Below, piece after piece: positions 45,226 through 54,574 of a DNA stretch of 64,000 bases (position 1 is the stretch's first letter; the number at the start of each line of letters is the position of its first letter). This stretch comes from a virus, in IMG/VR virus record IMGVR_UViG_3300037313_001714, positions 32,001 to 96,000 of that record. One strand, 5' to 3'. Made by a program: the position numbers and the translations under genes. Under the pieces are notes generated by a model. That model ran no database searches. It saw nothing but the letters and a program-made list of their open reading frames with translations, and was not told the origin of the DNA.

Positions 45226-45951
45226 TTATAGGTCACGGGTGAGTGAGTTCTGCAGGCTGAAATCGATTGCCTCGTCGAGGTCGTCGGACGCGAAGGCGGC
45301 CAGCGCGGCCTCAAGCCGCAGGTGGCCCACCGTGTGCAGCGCGGCGCTGAGCGCAAAGCGCCGCACCGGGCGACGCCGGATGGCCTCGATCAGGTGCACC
45401 TCGTAGGCGCGCTGGTCGGGCGCGGCGCACCAGTTCTCCACCCGGAATCGGCTGGACGCGGCCCACTGGATCTTCTCGCGGCCCTCCAGCGTCCAGGCGT
45501 TGCACACCGCCACGATCAGGTCGTTGTCCGCGGTCAAGTGGGCCGGCCGCGGCGGGTGCGGAACGCCCTTGCCCCAGCCCTGCTCGATCAGGTAGCTCAT
45601 CGCCTCGCGCAGAAAGAACTCGTAGCGCATGCCGAGCCGGTCGATCAGCTGGCGCAGCTTCCAGAAGCTCTTGCGCTCGTGGTGCTCGAAGAAGTCGCCG
45701 CCCTTGATCGCCTTGGTGAAGCGCAGCTTGTGGTCCAGCGCGCGGCCGATGAAGTCGCCGTACGCCAGGTTGTAGTGGTGCACCAGCAGGTGGGTGGCCA
45801 CCGCCGGGTGCAGCTGGCGGTAGTCGAACCACTTCGACTGCATCAGGGCCGGCTCCTCCGCGAGCAGCGTGCGGTCGATCCGCGCCACCGTGAGGATCTC
45901 GGCGCTCTCCAGATCCAGGCCCGATCCGTAGAAGTCCGGAAGGTCCTTCAT
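45226..45951 (-). CDS. Conserved hypothetical protein upstream of helicase/primase
   Basis: 241-aa ORF with SKWFDY motif; AT-rich upstream region. Confidence 0.7.
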   Translation of the reverse strand: MKDLPDFYGSGLDLESAEILTVARIDRTLLAEEPALMQSKWFDYRQLHPAVATHLLVHHYNLAYGDFIGRALDHKLRFTKAIKGGDFFEHHERKSFWKLRQLIDRLGMRYEFFLREAMSYLIEQGWGKGVPHPPRPAHLTADNDLIVAVCNAWTLEGREKIQWAASSRFRVENWCAAPDQRAYEVHLIEAIRRRPVRRFALSAALHTVGHLRLEAALAAFASDDLDEAIDFSLQNSLTRDL

Positions 45952-46087
45952 CGGGTCCGCGGATTGGGGCCGCCTCGTTCCGCCGTAATGAATTCAATGT
46001 GTCCCATGTGAGACCAATATAGAAAGAATCTTATGAAGCGAGGTGGCGGCCCCACACGTCCGCCCCAAGTCCAAGAGGACCGGAAAA

Positions 46088-46207
46088 CTACGGGCTCGGG
46101 AACAGGAAGTTCAGGTGCCAGATGACCTCGGCGACGCCAGCAATCCAGCCCCACCACTTCGAGCGCGGGCGTGGCCTCTTGTCGCGCGGGTGAATCTTTG
46201 CGCTCAT
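46088..46207 (-). CDS. 39-aa basic/hydrophobic peptide (not in ORF track)
   Basis: MSAKIHPRDKRPRPRSKWWGWIAGVAEVIWHLNFLFPSP, 7 nt after phoH stop. Confidence 0.4.
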   Translation of the reverse strand: MSAKIHPRDKRPRPRSKWWGWIAGVAEVIWHLNFLFPSP

Positions 46208-46214
46208 GCTCGTC

Positions 46215-46919
46215 TCATTTCTCGTACGCCTCCACCACGTCCTGCACGAAGCCGTGCCGCACGATGTCCTCGACGCCGAACTCGATGAAGCCGCAGCGGC
46301 GCACGTGCTTCATGCGGCGCAGCGCGTCCGGCAGGCCCGAGTTCTCGATGTCCACCTGCTTGAGGTCGCCGCACACCACCACCCGGCAGTTCGGCCCGAC
46401 GCGGGTGAGGAACATCAGCATCTGCTTGGGGGTGACGTTCTGCGCCTCGTCCAGGATGACGAACGCGTCGCGGAAGGTGCGCCCGCGCATGAAGGCCAGC
46501 GGCTGGCCCACGATCTGGCCGGCCTTGACGGCGTACTCGTACTCGCTCGCGCCCATCGTGTCGTGGAAGATGTCGATGAACGGGCCGAGGTAGGGCTCGT
46601 ACTTCTCGTCCAGCTCACCGGGCAGGAAGCCCAGGTCTTCCTCGGCGCCGACGGCGGGCCGGGTGAGGATGATCTTCTTCATGACGCCGGCGTCCAGGGC
46701 CGCGGCCGCCAGCGCCGTCGGGATGTGCGTCTTGCCGGTGCCTGCCGGGCCGGTGGCGAAGGTGACCACGTTGTCGCCGATGGTGTGGATGTAGCGCGCC
46801 TGCATCTCGTTGCGCGGGGCCAGCGGCTTTTTCACCTTCGGGAAGCGCGGGTCATGGTTCTCGATCAGTTCCATCTGTTCCTGTTCTTCGCGCTGCCGGC
46901 GGCTTCGTTTGGTCATCAC
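46215..46919 (-). CDS. phoH: PhoH-family ATPase
   Basis: GPAGTGKT, LTRP, LGFLPG, FMRGRTF, ILDEAQN, LTRVG, GDLKQVD, DIVRH. Confidence 0.95.
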   Translation of the reverse strand: MMTKRSRRQREEQEQMELIENHDPRFPKVKKPLAPRNEMQARYIHTIGDNVVTFATGPAGTGKTHIPTALAAAALDAGVMKKIILTRPAVGAEEDLGFLPGELDEKYEPYLGPFIDIFHDTMGASEYEYAVKAGQIVGQPLAFMRGRTFRDAFVILDEAQNVTPKQMLMFLTRVGPNCRVVVCGDLKQVDIENSGLPDALRRMKHVRRCGFIEFGVEDIVRHGFVQDVVEAYEK

Positions 46920-46978
46920 GGCTCCGTTGAAAACTACATGCTAACTCACCGGTGACTGATCGCCTATAAGCGACGGCG

Positions 46979-48304
46979 TCACCGCATCGACAATCGGGGC
47001 AAGACCGTGTGATCGTGCTCGTGCGGCTCGCGCAAATGCATCTTCCCGCCCGCCACCGCGAAGTCGCTGACCGTGACGTAGTCGTGCGCGGTGGCGCGCG
47101 TGGCGGTGTCGACGTGCACGATGTCAAAGCCCAGGTGCCACTTCTCGCCCTCGCAGTAGCTGGCGCTCCTCTTGTGGCCTGAGCCCAGCTGGTGCCACTC
47201 GTAGGCGCCGTAGATCGGGCTGAACTCGTTGTAGACGAGGTGCCGGTGGTGGTGGCCGTTCACGCCTGGCAGGCCCATGTCGCGCGCATGCGGGAAGTGG
47301 TGCGCCAGCACGCAGTCCCAGTAGACCTTGTAGTTGGCCGCCAGCTCGCGCTCGAAGTCGCGCTTGGTGAAGGCGGCCAGGTCGGCCTTGGCCACGTAGT
47401 TCATCTCGAAGCGGTCCAGCCCGAGCAGCTTGGGCACGGTCCAGCCGTGCAGGTCCGCCAGCACCGCGCGCAGCGCCGGCGTCTGGTCGGCCAGGTGCTT
47501 CAGCAGTCGCGCCTCGTGGTTGCCCTCCAGCAGGTCCATCTGGGCGTTGGGCACCGCCTCGCGCAGCGGCCCCAGGATCTTGTCGTGCACGAAGCGGATG
47601 CGCTCGACGACGTTCCACTCGCGCGGGTCCACCGTGTACTTGCCGAACTCGGGCAGGTCGAACACGTCGCCGACCAGGCAGACCACGTCCGGCTGCAGGC
47701 GGGCCGCCGTGTCGATGAGCACGCGCAGATAGAACGGGTCGATCTCGATGTCGTGCAGGTCGCTGGCGAACAGGATGGTCTTGAAGCGGCCGTCGCGGCG
47801 CACCTCGTAGCGGTCGCCGTAGTCCTTGCGATCGCAGTTCAGCTGCCGGTAGTGATCGACGCTGGCGTGCTTGGCGATCGCGCGCTCGTGGGCGTGCTGC
47901 TGGCGCGAGAGCTTGATGCCGGCTTGCTTCTTGAACTCCTCGAAGGTGCCGAAGTAGCGGTTCCAGGTCGACTCGGAGATCGCGCTGTGCACGCGGAAGT
48001 AATTGCGCGAGACCACCCGATCGGGGTCGAGCTTGGCGACGCGCTGCAACTCCTCGATGCACTCCGCGGGGCCCCAGTCGGCCATGAAGCGGCCCGGGTC
48101 CTCGGACATGGGCGCCTCGGCGGTGGTTGCCCGGTAGATGATCCGGATCGACGGATCGCTCTTGGCCAGCGTGCGCAGGAACCCGGCCTTGTTCCTGATC
48201 GTCTTGGCCGAGATTCCGAGCGCGCGCTCGACATCGGCAACGGTGGGATAGGTGTCGCGGTCGTTGTAGACCGCGAGGAAGCGGCCGTGGTCGGCGGGAA
48301 TCAC
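46979..48304 (-). CDS. Calcineurin-like metallophosphoesterase with N-terminal HTH and HNH-associated repeat
   Basis: SDLH, GDVFD, GNHE, GHHH; TWNRYFGTF...AG repeat. Confidence 0.8.
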   Translation of the reverse strand: MIPADHGRFLAVYNDRDTYPTVADVERALGISAKTIRNKAGFLRTLAKSDPSIRIIYRATTAEAPMSEDPGRFMADWGPAECIEELQRVAKLDPDRVVSRNYFRVHSAISESTWNRYFGTFEEFKKQAGIKLSRQQHAHERAIAKHASVDHYRQLNCDRKDYGDRYEVRRDGRFKTILFASDLHDIEIDPFYLRVLIDTAARLQPDVVCLVGDVFDLPEFGKYTVDPREWNVVERIRFVHDKILGPLREAVPNAQMDLLEGNHEARLLKHLADQTPALRAVLADLHGWTVPKLLGLDRFEMNYVAKADLAAFTKRDFERELAANYKVYWDCVLAHHFPHARDMGLPGVNGHHHRHLVYNEFSPIYGAYEWHQLGSGHKRSASYCEGEKWHLGFDIVHVDTATRATAHDYVTVSDFAVAGGKMHLREPHEHDHTVLPRLSMR

Positions 48305-48612
48305 GCCCACCACTCGGCGGAGACGGCGTTGGTCGTCGCCGAGATCACGCTGACGGCGGTGCAGCCCGGGGCGATCGCCATCAGGTGCTCGTACTGCACG
48401 TAGACACTGCCGGTGCCGTCGGTGAGGTCGGCTGCCGGAATCGCCGCGTTGTTGCGGTCGTTGAGCCAGAACGGATTGGTGGCGCGCAGGCGCAGGAAGT
48501 GCGCGCCGGCCGGCACCGTGAACGGCTCGGCGATGTTGGCCGCGAGCACGCGGTTGTCCACCTGGTTGCTGGGGCTGTACGCCGTGGATGCCTTGCTGTT
48601 GGCATCGGGCAT
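48301..48612 (-). CDS. Small probable virion/structural protein
   Basis: Beta-rich, VPAGA...TDGTGS; follows lysis cassette. Confidence 0.55.
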   Translation of the reverse strand: MPDANSKASTAYSPSNQVDNRVLAANIAEPFTVPAGAHFLRLRATNPFWLNDRNNAAIPAADLTDGTGSVYVQYEHLMAIAPGCTAVSVISATTNAVSAEWWA

Positions 48613-48643
48613 GGCTGCAAATTGGCGCATGGGTGACTCTCCT

Positions 48644-48919
48644 TCAGGGGTGCTTGGCTTGTTGCTTCAGGACGCTGTCGACCCAATCGACCAGCGCGTT
48701 GTGGCGCGTCATCAGCTCGTTGTAGCGAGCCGCGGCGTCGATGTCGGCGTCGACCAGCTGGGCGACGTCAACGGGCGGCTTCAGCGGCGGCAGGCGCTGG
48801 GCCTTTTGCATCGCCGCTTGCGGCGGCACCAGCTGCGTCGCCGGCACGCGCAGCGTTGAGCAGCCGCACAGTGTCATCGTCGAGCCGAGCAGCAGGATCG
48901 ACAGTAGCGTTTTGCGCAT
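48644..48919 (-). CDS. Outer-membrane spanin (Rz1-like lipoprotein)
   Basis: Lipobox LCGC; Pro-rich; overlaps i-spanin in another frame. Confidence 0.8.
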   Translation of the reverse strand: MRKTLLSILLLGSTMTLCGCSTLRVPATQLVPPQAAMQKAQRLPPLKPPVDVAQLVDADIDAAARYNELMTRHNALVDWVDSVLKQQAKHP

Positions 48920-49250
48920 CGGTGGGAACCTCCGGTTGTTCGTCGGGATGGGCCGCGGCATAGGCGCGCGCCTCCTCGCGGGCGGCCGCTTCCGCGGCCA
49001 GGTGTTCTGCCGCGGCGTTGCGCACGCTGGCGGCCTTCTGGTTGCCGCGCGTGACAGCCGCATCGATGCGGTCGCTGCCCTTGCGGGCGTTGATGATGTT
49101 CTTGCCGGTGGTCTTGGCCGAGTCCATCGCCAGGTGCGCGTTGGCGCGCATGTGCAGCCACTGCTGGATGCCCCAGGCGCCGCCGACCCCGAGCAGCAGC
49201 CCGAAGAACAGCATCACCATCCAGAATTTGATGTGCTCCAGAATCGTCAT
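48768..49250 (-). CDS. Inner-membrane spanin (Rz-like)
   Basis: N-terminal TM then Ala-rich helical region; follows endolysin. Confidence 0.8.
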   Translation of the reverse strand: MTILEHIKFWMVMLFFGLLLGVGGAWGIQQWLHMRANAHLAMDSAKTTGKNIINARKGSDRIDAAVTRGNQKAASVRNAAAEHLAAEAAAREEARAYAAAHPDEQPEVPTDAQNATVDPAARLDDDTVRLLNAARAGDAAGAAASGDAKGPAPAAAEAAR

Positions 49251-49804
49251 GCGCTGGCCTTCACTTGCGGTTGCGGGGCGGCCAGCGGCTCCAGGCACCA
49301 GGCGCGCTCGAACAGGCGCCGGTTGTAGAGACCGCGCACGAAGCGCGCGCCGTGGTTGGTGTAGCTCCAGACCGGCGTGCCGTCGGGGCCTTGGGCGATG
49401 GCGTCGCAGCCGGCGGCAGCGTCACCGGCCTTGATCAGCGCCATGGCGCGCGAGCCGCAGGCGTTGGCCACGCCCACGTTGATGGCGAACAGGGTCAGCG
49501 CGTCGAACTGGTGCTGGTTGAGCACCGGGTGATCGGCGGTGTGGCCCGAGCACTGGATGATCGCGAGGCCGTACTTGGCGGCGTCGGCCGCGCGGATGTG
49601 ACTGCACTCGTCCTCGCTGACCTGCGAGCCGACCTTCATCTTCCAGTCGGTGTGGCCCGAGCAGACGGTGGGCAGGCCGCCGGCGAGCTTGTCGGCGTAG
49701 ACGGTGGTCTCGTCGCCCTCCCACTGGGACATGGCGCCGAGGATGGAGGCGCTGGCCACCACCAGCCCGGCGACCACCTTGGTGCCGCGGCTGATGTCAG
49801 GCAT
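49247..49804 (-). CDS. GH24 lysozyme, SAR-type endolysin
   Basis: Weakly hydrophobic N-terminus; WEG...YAD...PTVC.GHT catalytic E/D/T; GL.NRR..ER..C. Confidence 0.9.
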   Translation of the reverse strand: MPDISRGTKVVAGLVVASASILGAMSQWEGDETTVYADKLAGGLPTVCSGHTDWKMKVGSQVSEDECSHIRAADAAKYGLAIIQCSGHTADHPVLNQHQFDALTLFAINVGVANACGSRAMALIKAGDAAAGCDAIAQGPDGTPVWSYTNHGARFVRGLYNRRLFERAWCLEPLAAPQPQVKASA

Positions 49805-50045
49805 CCTGGTTCGCCTTCACCTGCAGGGCCTCTTCGATCTTGCCTTCCTTGACCAGGATCTGGCGCAGCTTGCGTCGCTCGAGCCAGTCCCAGAAGCGCA
49901 CGCCGTACCAGGCGATCGAGACGAGGGCCGCCAGGCCCGGCAGCCAACCGAAGATGGCGGCGATGATGCCGGCGAAGGCGGCATGATCGGTGTGACCCTT
50001 GACCGAGTCGCTGAGACCGCCGATGAAACTGGAGAGGAGCGTCAT
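49797..50045 (-). CDS. Holin/pinholin candidate
   Basis: 82 aa, hydrophobic core, charged C-terminus, directly upstream of endolysin. Confidence 0.7.
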   Translation of the reverse strand: MTLLSSFIGGLSDSVKGHTDHAAFAGIIAAIFGWLPGLAALVSIAWYGVRFWDWLERRKLRQILVKEGKIEEALQVKANQDA

Positions 50046-50156
50046 GCTGGAACCTGCAGAGGTGGTCCTTCAGCGGTCGCTCGCCTCGGGGGTATCTTGG
50101 TTGCGGCAGTCTAGCTGAAACCCGACCGGAAATCAAGTCACTGCTGACTTATCTGG

Positions 50157-53100
50157 TCAGAAGTTGCTGCCGGTGAACAGTGCGTCGGCAATGCCTCGGA
50201 TCACCACCAGATCCAGGTGGAGGAGGTCGAACGCCTCGCTGGCCGTCAGGGCGCCGGCCACCAGCACGCTGCCGGTGATCTGGGTGCTGTCCGGGTCTTC
50301 CGTCGCGACGAGGTCGACCAGCCCGCCGTGCTCGAGCACGCCCGCGAAGCCGTCGGCCAGCTGCTCGATCGCGGCGACCACGCCGGCCACCAGCACGTGC
50401 AGGTCGCCCACCAGGGTGTCGGCATCCTCGGTGGCGGCCGCGCTGCCCTGCACCAGCACGCTGGCGCTGATGTTGGCGCGGTCCAGGCCCGGGTCTTCGG
50501 CGCCGGCCAGGTCGCCCGAGACGAGCACCGAGACGCTCGCGCTCGCGCTGTCGGGGGCTTCGGTGAGCGCCATGCCACCGTCGACGATCACCTGCGCCGT
50601 CACCGGGCCGAAGGTGTCGGCGCCGCTCTCGCCGGCGGCCAGGTCGGCCGTGACATAGACGGTGGCGGCCGCGGCCGCGGTGTCGCTCGCCTCGGTCGCC
50701 GCCAGCGCCCCGCTCACCAGCACCGACGCTGCGATGGCGGCCGCATCGGGCGCTTCGGTCGCGCCCACGCTGCCCGTGACCAGCACACCCAGCGTGCCGC
50801 TTGCGCTGTCCGCGCCCTCGGTGGCGGCCAGGCTGGCGCCGATCCAGCCGGTGGCGCTGGCGGCGAAGGTGTCGTTGGCTTCGCTGGCGGCCAGGCTGGC
50901 CTGGACCAGCACGCTGCCGGCGATCTGGGCCGTGTCGGGCGCTTCGGTGACGTCCAGCAGGCCCTGCACCAGCACGCTGGCAGCGAAGGCCGCGACGTCT
51001 GGCGCCTCGGTGGCGGCGAAGCTCGCGTTGTCCAGCAGGACCACGCTGGCCGCGAAGGTGTCGGCGCCCTCGCTCGCCGCGAGTGTGCCTTGCACCAGCA
51101 CGCTGACGCTGGCTGCCGCGCTGTCGGCGTTCTCGGTGGCTGCCAGCGTGCTGTTGATGGTCTGCAGGCCGGTGCAGTCGATCGCGGCGGTGTCGGCCCC
51201 GCTCTCGCTGGCGGCCAGGCTGGCATTCCACCAGGGCCCGGCCGCGCTCATCGCCGCGCTGTCGAAGCCGCCTTCCACCGCGCCCAGGCTGCCTTGCACC
51301 AGCACGCTGGCCGCCAGGCTGGCCGTGTCGGCGCCGCTTTCGCTGCTCGTCAGGTCGCCGGACACCAGCACGCCGGCGCTGAAGCTCGCGCTGTCGCTGG
51401 CCTCGGTGGCGGCCAGGCTGACGTTGGTGAAGTTGCTGACCTGGATGCTGGCGCTGTCCGCGCCCTCGGTGGCGGCCAGCGCGCCTTGCACCAGGACGGC
51501 CGCGCTCAGGCTGGCCGTATCGGCGTCTTCGGTGGCCGCCAAGCTGGCGTTCCAGTACGGCCCTTCCGCGGTGGCGGCCGCGGTGTCGGGGCCGCTCTCG
51601 GTGGCAGCGAGGGAACCCTGCACCAGCACGCTGACACTGGCCGCGGCGCTGTCGTTGCCTTCGGTCGCAGCCAGGCTGGCGTTCCAGTACGGGCCACTGG
51701 CCGTGATGGCCGCGCTGTCGGCCGCTTCCGTGACCGCCAGGCTGCCCTGCACCAGGACGGCGCCGGTCATCGCGGCGGTGTCGGCCGCTTCGGTGACGGC
51801 CAGGCTGGCATTCCACCACGGGCCCGTCAGGGTGCCACTGGCGGTGTCGCTGCCCGACTCGGTGGCCGCCAGCGAGGCGTTCCACCAGGGACCGGCAACC
51901 GTCACGGCGGCCGTGTCGGCACCTTCGGTCGGGGCGAAGCTCGTGACCTGGACCAGCACGCTGGCCGACAGGGATGCCGTGTCGCTGCCCGACTCGGTGG
52001 CCGCCAGCGTGGTGTTGTCGGCCGTGGACAGGATGTTGAAGTTGTCCCACAGCGCGGTGGTGGCGCTGGCGCCGGTGGTCGCGCCGGCGTCGCCGGTGAC
52101 CAGGCCCTGGTAGAGGTTGCTGACCGGGAAATTCAGGCTGCTGGTGGCCAGCGTCGCGAAGGTGCTCCACGAGCCGGCCGACCCGCTGCCGTTGTCCGCC
52201 GCGGTGGAGAGCGTCAGCGTGCCGCCGGACTCGCTGATCTGCAGCCACTGGTGGTTGGTCGCATCGTACGTGGCGTCCGTGCCGATCGTCGTGTACGTGC
52301 CGTTGTTGGCGTACTCGGCGTGCAGCACGCCGTTGCTGGTGCCGTCCGAGTTCCAGCCGAAGCTGATGACGTTGCCGTCGTCGAACACCTGACTGGACGG
52401 CAGCAGCTGGATGTGCGCGGTGGCGCCGCTGCTGATGCTGCCTTGCGGCTTCTGGGCCAGTCGGACGGTGACGCTGCTGCCGGTGAGGTCGAACGGCGTC
52501 GTCGTCATGACGCGGGCATAGCCCGCTGCCGAGGCGTTGTACGTCTGCTGCAGGACTGTCAGGCTGCCCGAGGTGGTGCCCGGGGTGTTGCTGCAGCTGG
52601 CGTCGTTGGCCTCGGCCCAGTGGGTGGCCAGCGTGGCGCTGTCGAAGGTGTCGGTGAGGGTCGCGGCCTTGTTGGACGCCGTCGTCGTGGTGAACGTCGG
52701 CGTCGTGATCGTGCAGTTGGTGCCGACCTTGAACAACCAGTCGGCGCTGTTGCTGCCGCCGGCCGTCACCGTCTCCATCGCCACCGAGACGAACAGGTAT
52801 TCGCCTTCGAGGGTGAGGGAGCCTGGCGACCACGTGACCGAGGCGTTCTGGACCGTCGAGGTGTTGCCGGTGATGTTGCCGGTCTGCAGCGTGGCGCTGG
52901 TCAGCTCGCGCAGGCTGATCCCGCCGCCTTCATCGATCGACGCGAAGACGCGCACCCGGATCGCATCCACCTGGCTCGAAGCCAGCGTGGAGATCATCCC
53001 GAAGTTGAACGTCCAGTTGGTGGCGGCAAAGGTGCCGCTGTAGACCTTCTGGGTGCGAAAGGCGTTGCCGTTGGTGTCGTCGATCGTCGCCGCCGGCAAC

Positions 53101-53297
53101 ACCGTCGTGCCGAACGAAGTGGAGGCCTGCTTGGTGCCTTTCTTGAACGGCGCGTAGCGGCTGGCCGCGGTCTTGGCGACGGTCCAGCCGGCCGTCGAGT
53201 TGGCCGTGGTGGGCGCGGTGCCGCCATCCTGGATCGACGCGCAGTGGCCCGCGCCCGGCGCGAGCGTGTCTGGCAGCAGATACCAGGTGGTGGACAT
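50157..53297 (-). CDS. Virion fibre-like protein with about 28 tandem ~21-aa repeats
   Basis: Ala/Ser/Thr-rich; repeat (A/G)SLAATE-x2-3-D(T/S)A-x3-(SVLVQ|GPWWN); in tail module. Confidence 0.75.
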   Translation of the reverse strand: MSTTWYLLPDTLAPGAGHCASIQDGGTAPTTANSTAGWTVAKTAASRYAPFKKGTKQASTSFGTTVLPAATIDDTNGNAFRTQKVYSGTFAATNWTFNFGMISTLASSQVDAIRVRVFASIDEGGGISLRELTSATLQTGNITGNTSTVQNASVTWSPGSLTLEGEYLFVSVAMETVTAGGSNSADWLFKVGTNCTITTPTFTTTTASNKAATLTDTFDSATLATHWAEANDASCSNTPGTTSGSLTVLQQTYNASAAGYARVMTTTPFDLTGSSVTVRLAQKPQGSISSGATAHIQLLPSSQVFDDGNVISFGWNSDGTSNGVLHAEYANNGTYTTIGTDATYDATNHQWLQISESGGTLTLSTAADNGSGSAGSWSTFATLATSSLNFPVSNLYQGLVTGDAGATTGASATTALWDNFNILSTADNTTLAATESGSDTASLSASVLVQVTSFAPTEGADTAAVTVAGPWWNASLAATESGSDTASGTLTGPWWNASLAVTEAADTAAMTGAVLVQGSLAVTEAADSAAITASGPYWNASLAATEGNDSAAASVSVLVQGSLAATESGPDTAAATAEGPYWNASLAATEDADTASLSAAVLVQGALAATEGADSASIQVSNFTNVSLAATEASDSASFSAGVLVSGDLTSSESGADTASLAASVLVQGSLGAVEGGFDSAAMSAAGPWWNASLAASESGADTAAIDCTGLQTINSTLAATENADSAAASVSVLVQGTLAASEGADTFAASVVLLDNASFAATEAPDVAAFAASVLVQGLLDVTEAPDTAQIAGSVLVQASLAASEANDTFAASATGWIGASLAATEGADSASGTLGVLVTGSVGATEAPDAAAIAASVLVSGALAATEASDTAAAAATVYVTADLAAGESGADTFGPVTAQVIVDGGMALTEAPDSASASVSVLVSGDLAGAEDPGLDRANISASVLVQGSAAATEDADTLVGDLHVLVAGVVAAIEQLADGFAGVLEHGGLVDLVATEDPDSTQITGSVLVAGALTASEAFDLLHLDLVVIRGIADALFTGSNF
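50200..52015 (-). repeat. Coding tandem repeat array (about 28 units)
   Basis: E-x2-4-D units counted in translation; exact 31-bp DNA repeat at 51844-51874 and 51979-52009. Confidence 0.85.
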
Positions 53298-53298
53298 C

Positions 53299-53598
53299 TC
53301 AGCTCACGCGCGTGAAGACGTAGGTGCAGTCCGGCTTGTCGGCGATGTGCTCGGGCACCGAGGGCCAGACGTTGCAGCCGTTGAGGTACGCGGCGCTCGC
53401 GCGGCCGGTGCACTGCAGCACCCCGTTGGCATCCGTGGCGAGGTAGTGGCAAGCGCCGGCCGCGCCGGTGTCAACGTCGGCCTGGCAGCAGGCGCCGCAG
53501 TGACAGCAGTAGCCGGTGCGGCGCCAGGTGACGCCGGCAGCGTCGGTGTAATCGACCGGGTCTTCGGCCTGGACGATCGCAATGAACGGCTGGGCCAT
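53299..53598 (-). CDS. CxxCxxCC (YkgJ-like) Cys-cluster protein
   Basis: YCCHCGACC plus 4 more Cys (9 in total). Confidence 0.65.
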   Translation of the reverse strand: MAQPFIAIVQAEDPVDYTDAAGVTWRRTGYCCHCGACCQADVDTGAAGACHYLATDANGVLQCTGRASAAYLNGCNVWPSVPEHIADKPDCTYVFTRVS

Positions 53599-53615
53599 GT
53601 CTGCCCGCCGCGCGC

Positions 53616-53993
53616 TTAGGCGTGGGTGATGGTGGCGCTCGAGAGCTTGATGCTCTGGCCCGAAGTGATCGAGGTGGAGTCGACCACGATGTCGGTGCCG
53701 CTCGTGCCCACCGTCAGCCCGGTGACGATGTCGGTGCCGCCGGTGGCGGTGCGGATGCGGCCGGCCGCCGCGGTGCCGGTGGCGGCAGCCGTCACCGTCT
53801 GCGGGAATGCCGGCGAGCCGGCGAAGGTGAGCACGCCGCCCGAGGCGGTGCCGGCGGTGGACGCCAGCGTGAAGGTGGCGAGCACGGTGGCCATCGCGCT
53901 CGTGCCGATCTCGATGACGCCGGTGGCGCCGATGGCCGTCACCACGGCGCTCAGGCGCGAGTTCTTGACGGCAGTGGTGTAAGTGACAGCCAT
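53616..53993 (-). CDS. Small virion structural protein
   Basis: MAVTYTTAVKNSRL...; Gly/Thr/Ala-rich; in tail module. Confidence 0.7.
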   Translation of the reverse strand: MAVTYTTAVKNSRLSAVVTAIGATGVIEIGTSAMATVLATFTLASTAGTASGGVLTFAGSPAFPQTVTAAATGTAAAGRIRTATGGTDIVTGLTVGTSGTDIVVDSTSITSGQSIKLSSATITHA

Positions 53994-54072
53994 TTCTGGT
54001 TCCTAGGTTGTGCGCGAAGTCACCAGTGACTTAGTGCGCGGGTTGCAAAACGGGTGGTCTTTCGGATGCGGG

Positions 54073-54570
54073 TCAGACGTCGCCGACCTTGGACAGCGAC
54101 TGGATGAAGCGGCTGCCGCTCCAGTACAGCGACAGCAGCGACTCGCCGTTGGCGGCCTGGTTGATCTGCGGCACGGCGGCCGAGGCGAGCCAGCGGCCCG
54201 TCTCGAGATTGGCGAAGGTGAGCTGGTGGCCGCCGCTGGCGTCCTGGGCGATGCGGACTTGGTAGTTGCCGCAGCCGGCGGCGGTGGGGTCGATCGTGAG
54301 CGCCAGGTCGCCGCTGAGGGTGATCGCCTGCTTCTGACCGTTGGACAGCGCCAGGGTGTAGGCGCCGGCGTGGCTGCCGTTGTCGATCTCGTCGGCAAAG
54401 CCCACCGTCAGCGCGTGGTACAGCGGCGCGCCGTGCATGTCGATCGGCCCGCCCGCGTAGGCTGGGCCGGCCGGCCCCGGGATGCCGATCTCCAGCAGCT
54501 CGGGGGAGCTTTCGGTGACCACCAGGACTTCGGTCGGCGTCACCAGGAATTCTTGGATCGGGTCGCTCAT
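54073..54570 (-). CDS. Tail-associated structural protein
   Basis: GPAGPA; QDASGGHQLTF...SLLSLYWSG beta module shared with fibre proteins. Confidence 0.65.
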   Translation of the reverse strand: MSDPIQEFLVTPTEVLVVTESSPELLEIGIPGPAGPAYAGGPIDMHGAPLYHALTVGFADEIDNGSHAGAYTLALSNGQKQAITLSGDLALTIDPTAAGCGNYQVRIAQDASGGHQLTFANLETGRWLASAAVPQINQAANGESLLSLYWSGSRFIQSLSKVGDV

Positions 54571-54574
54571 GGCC

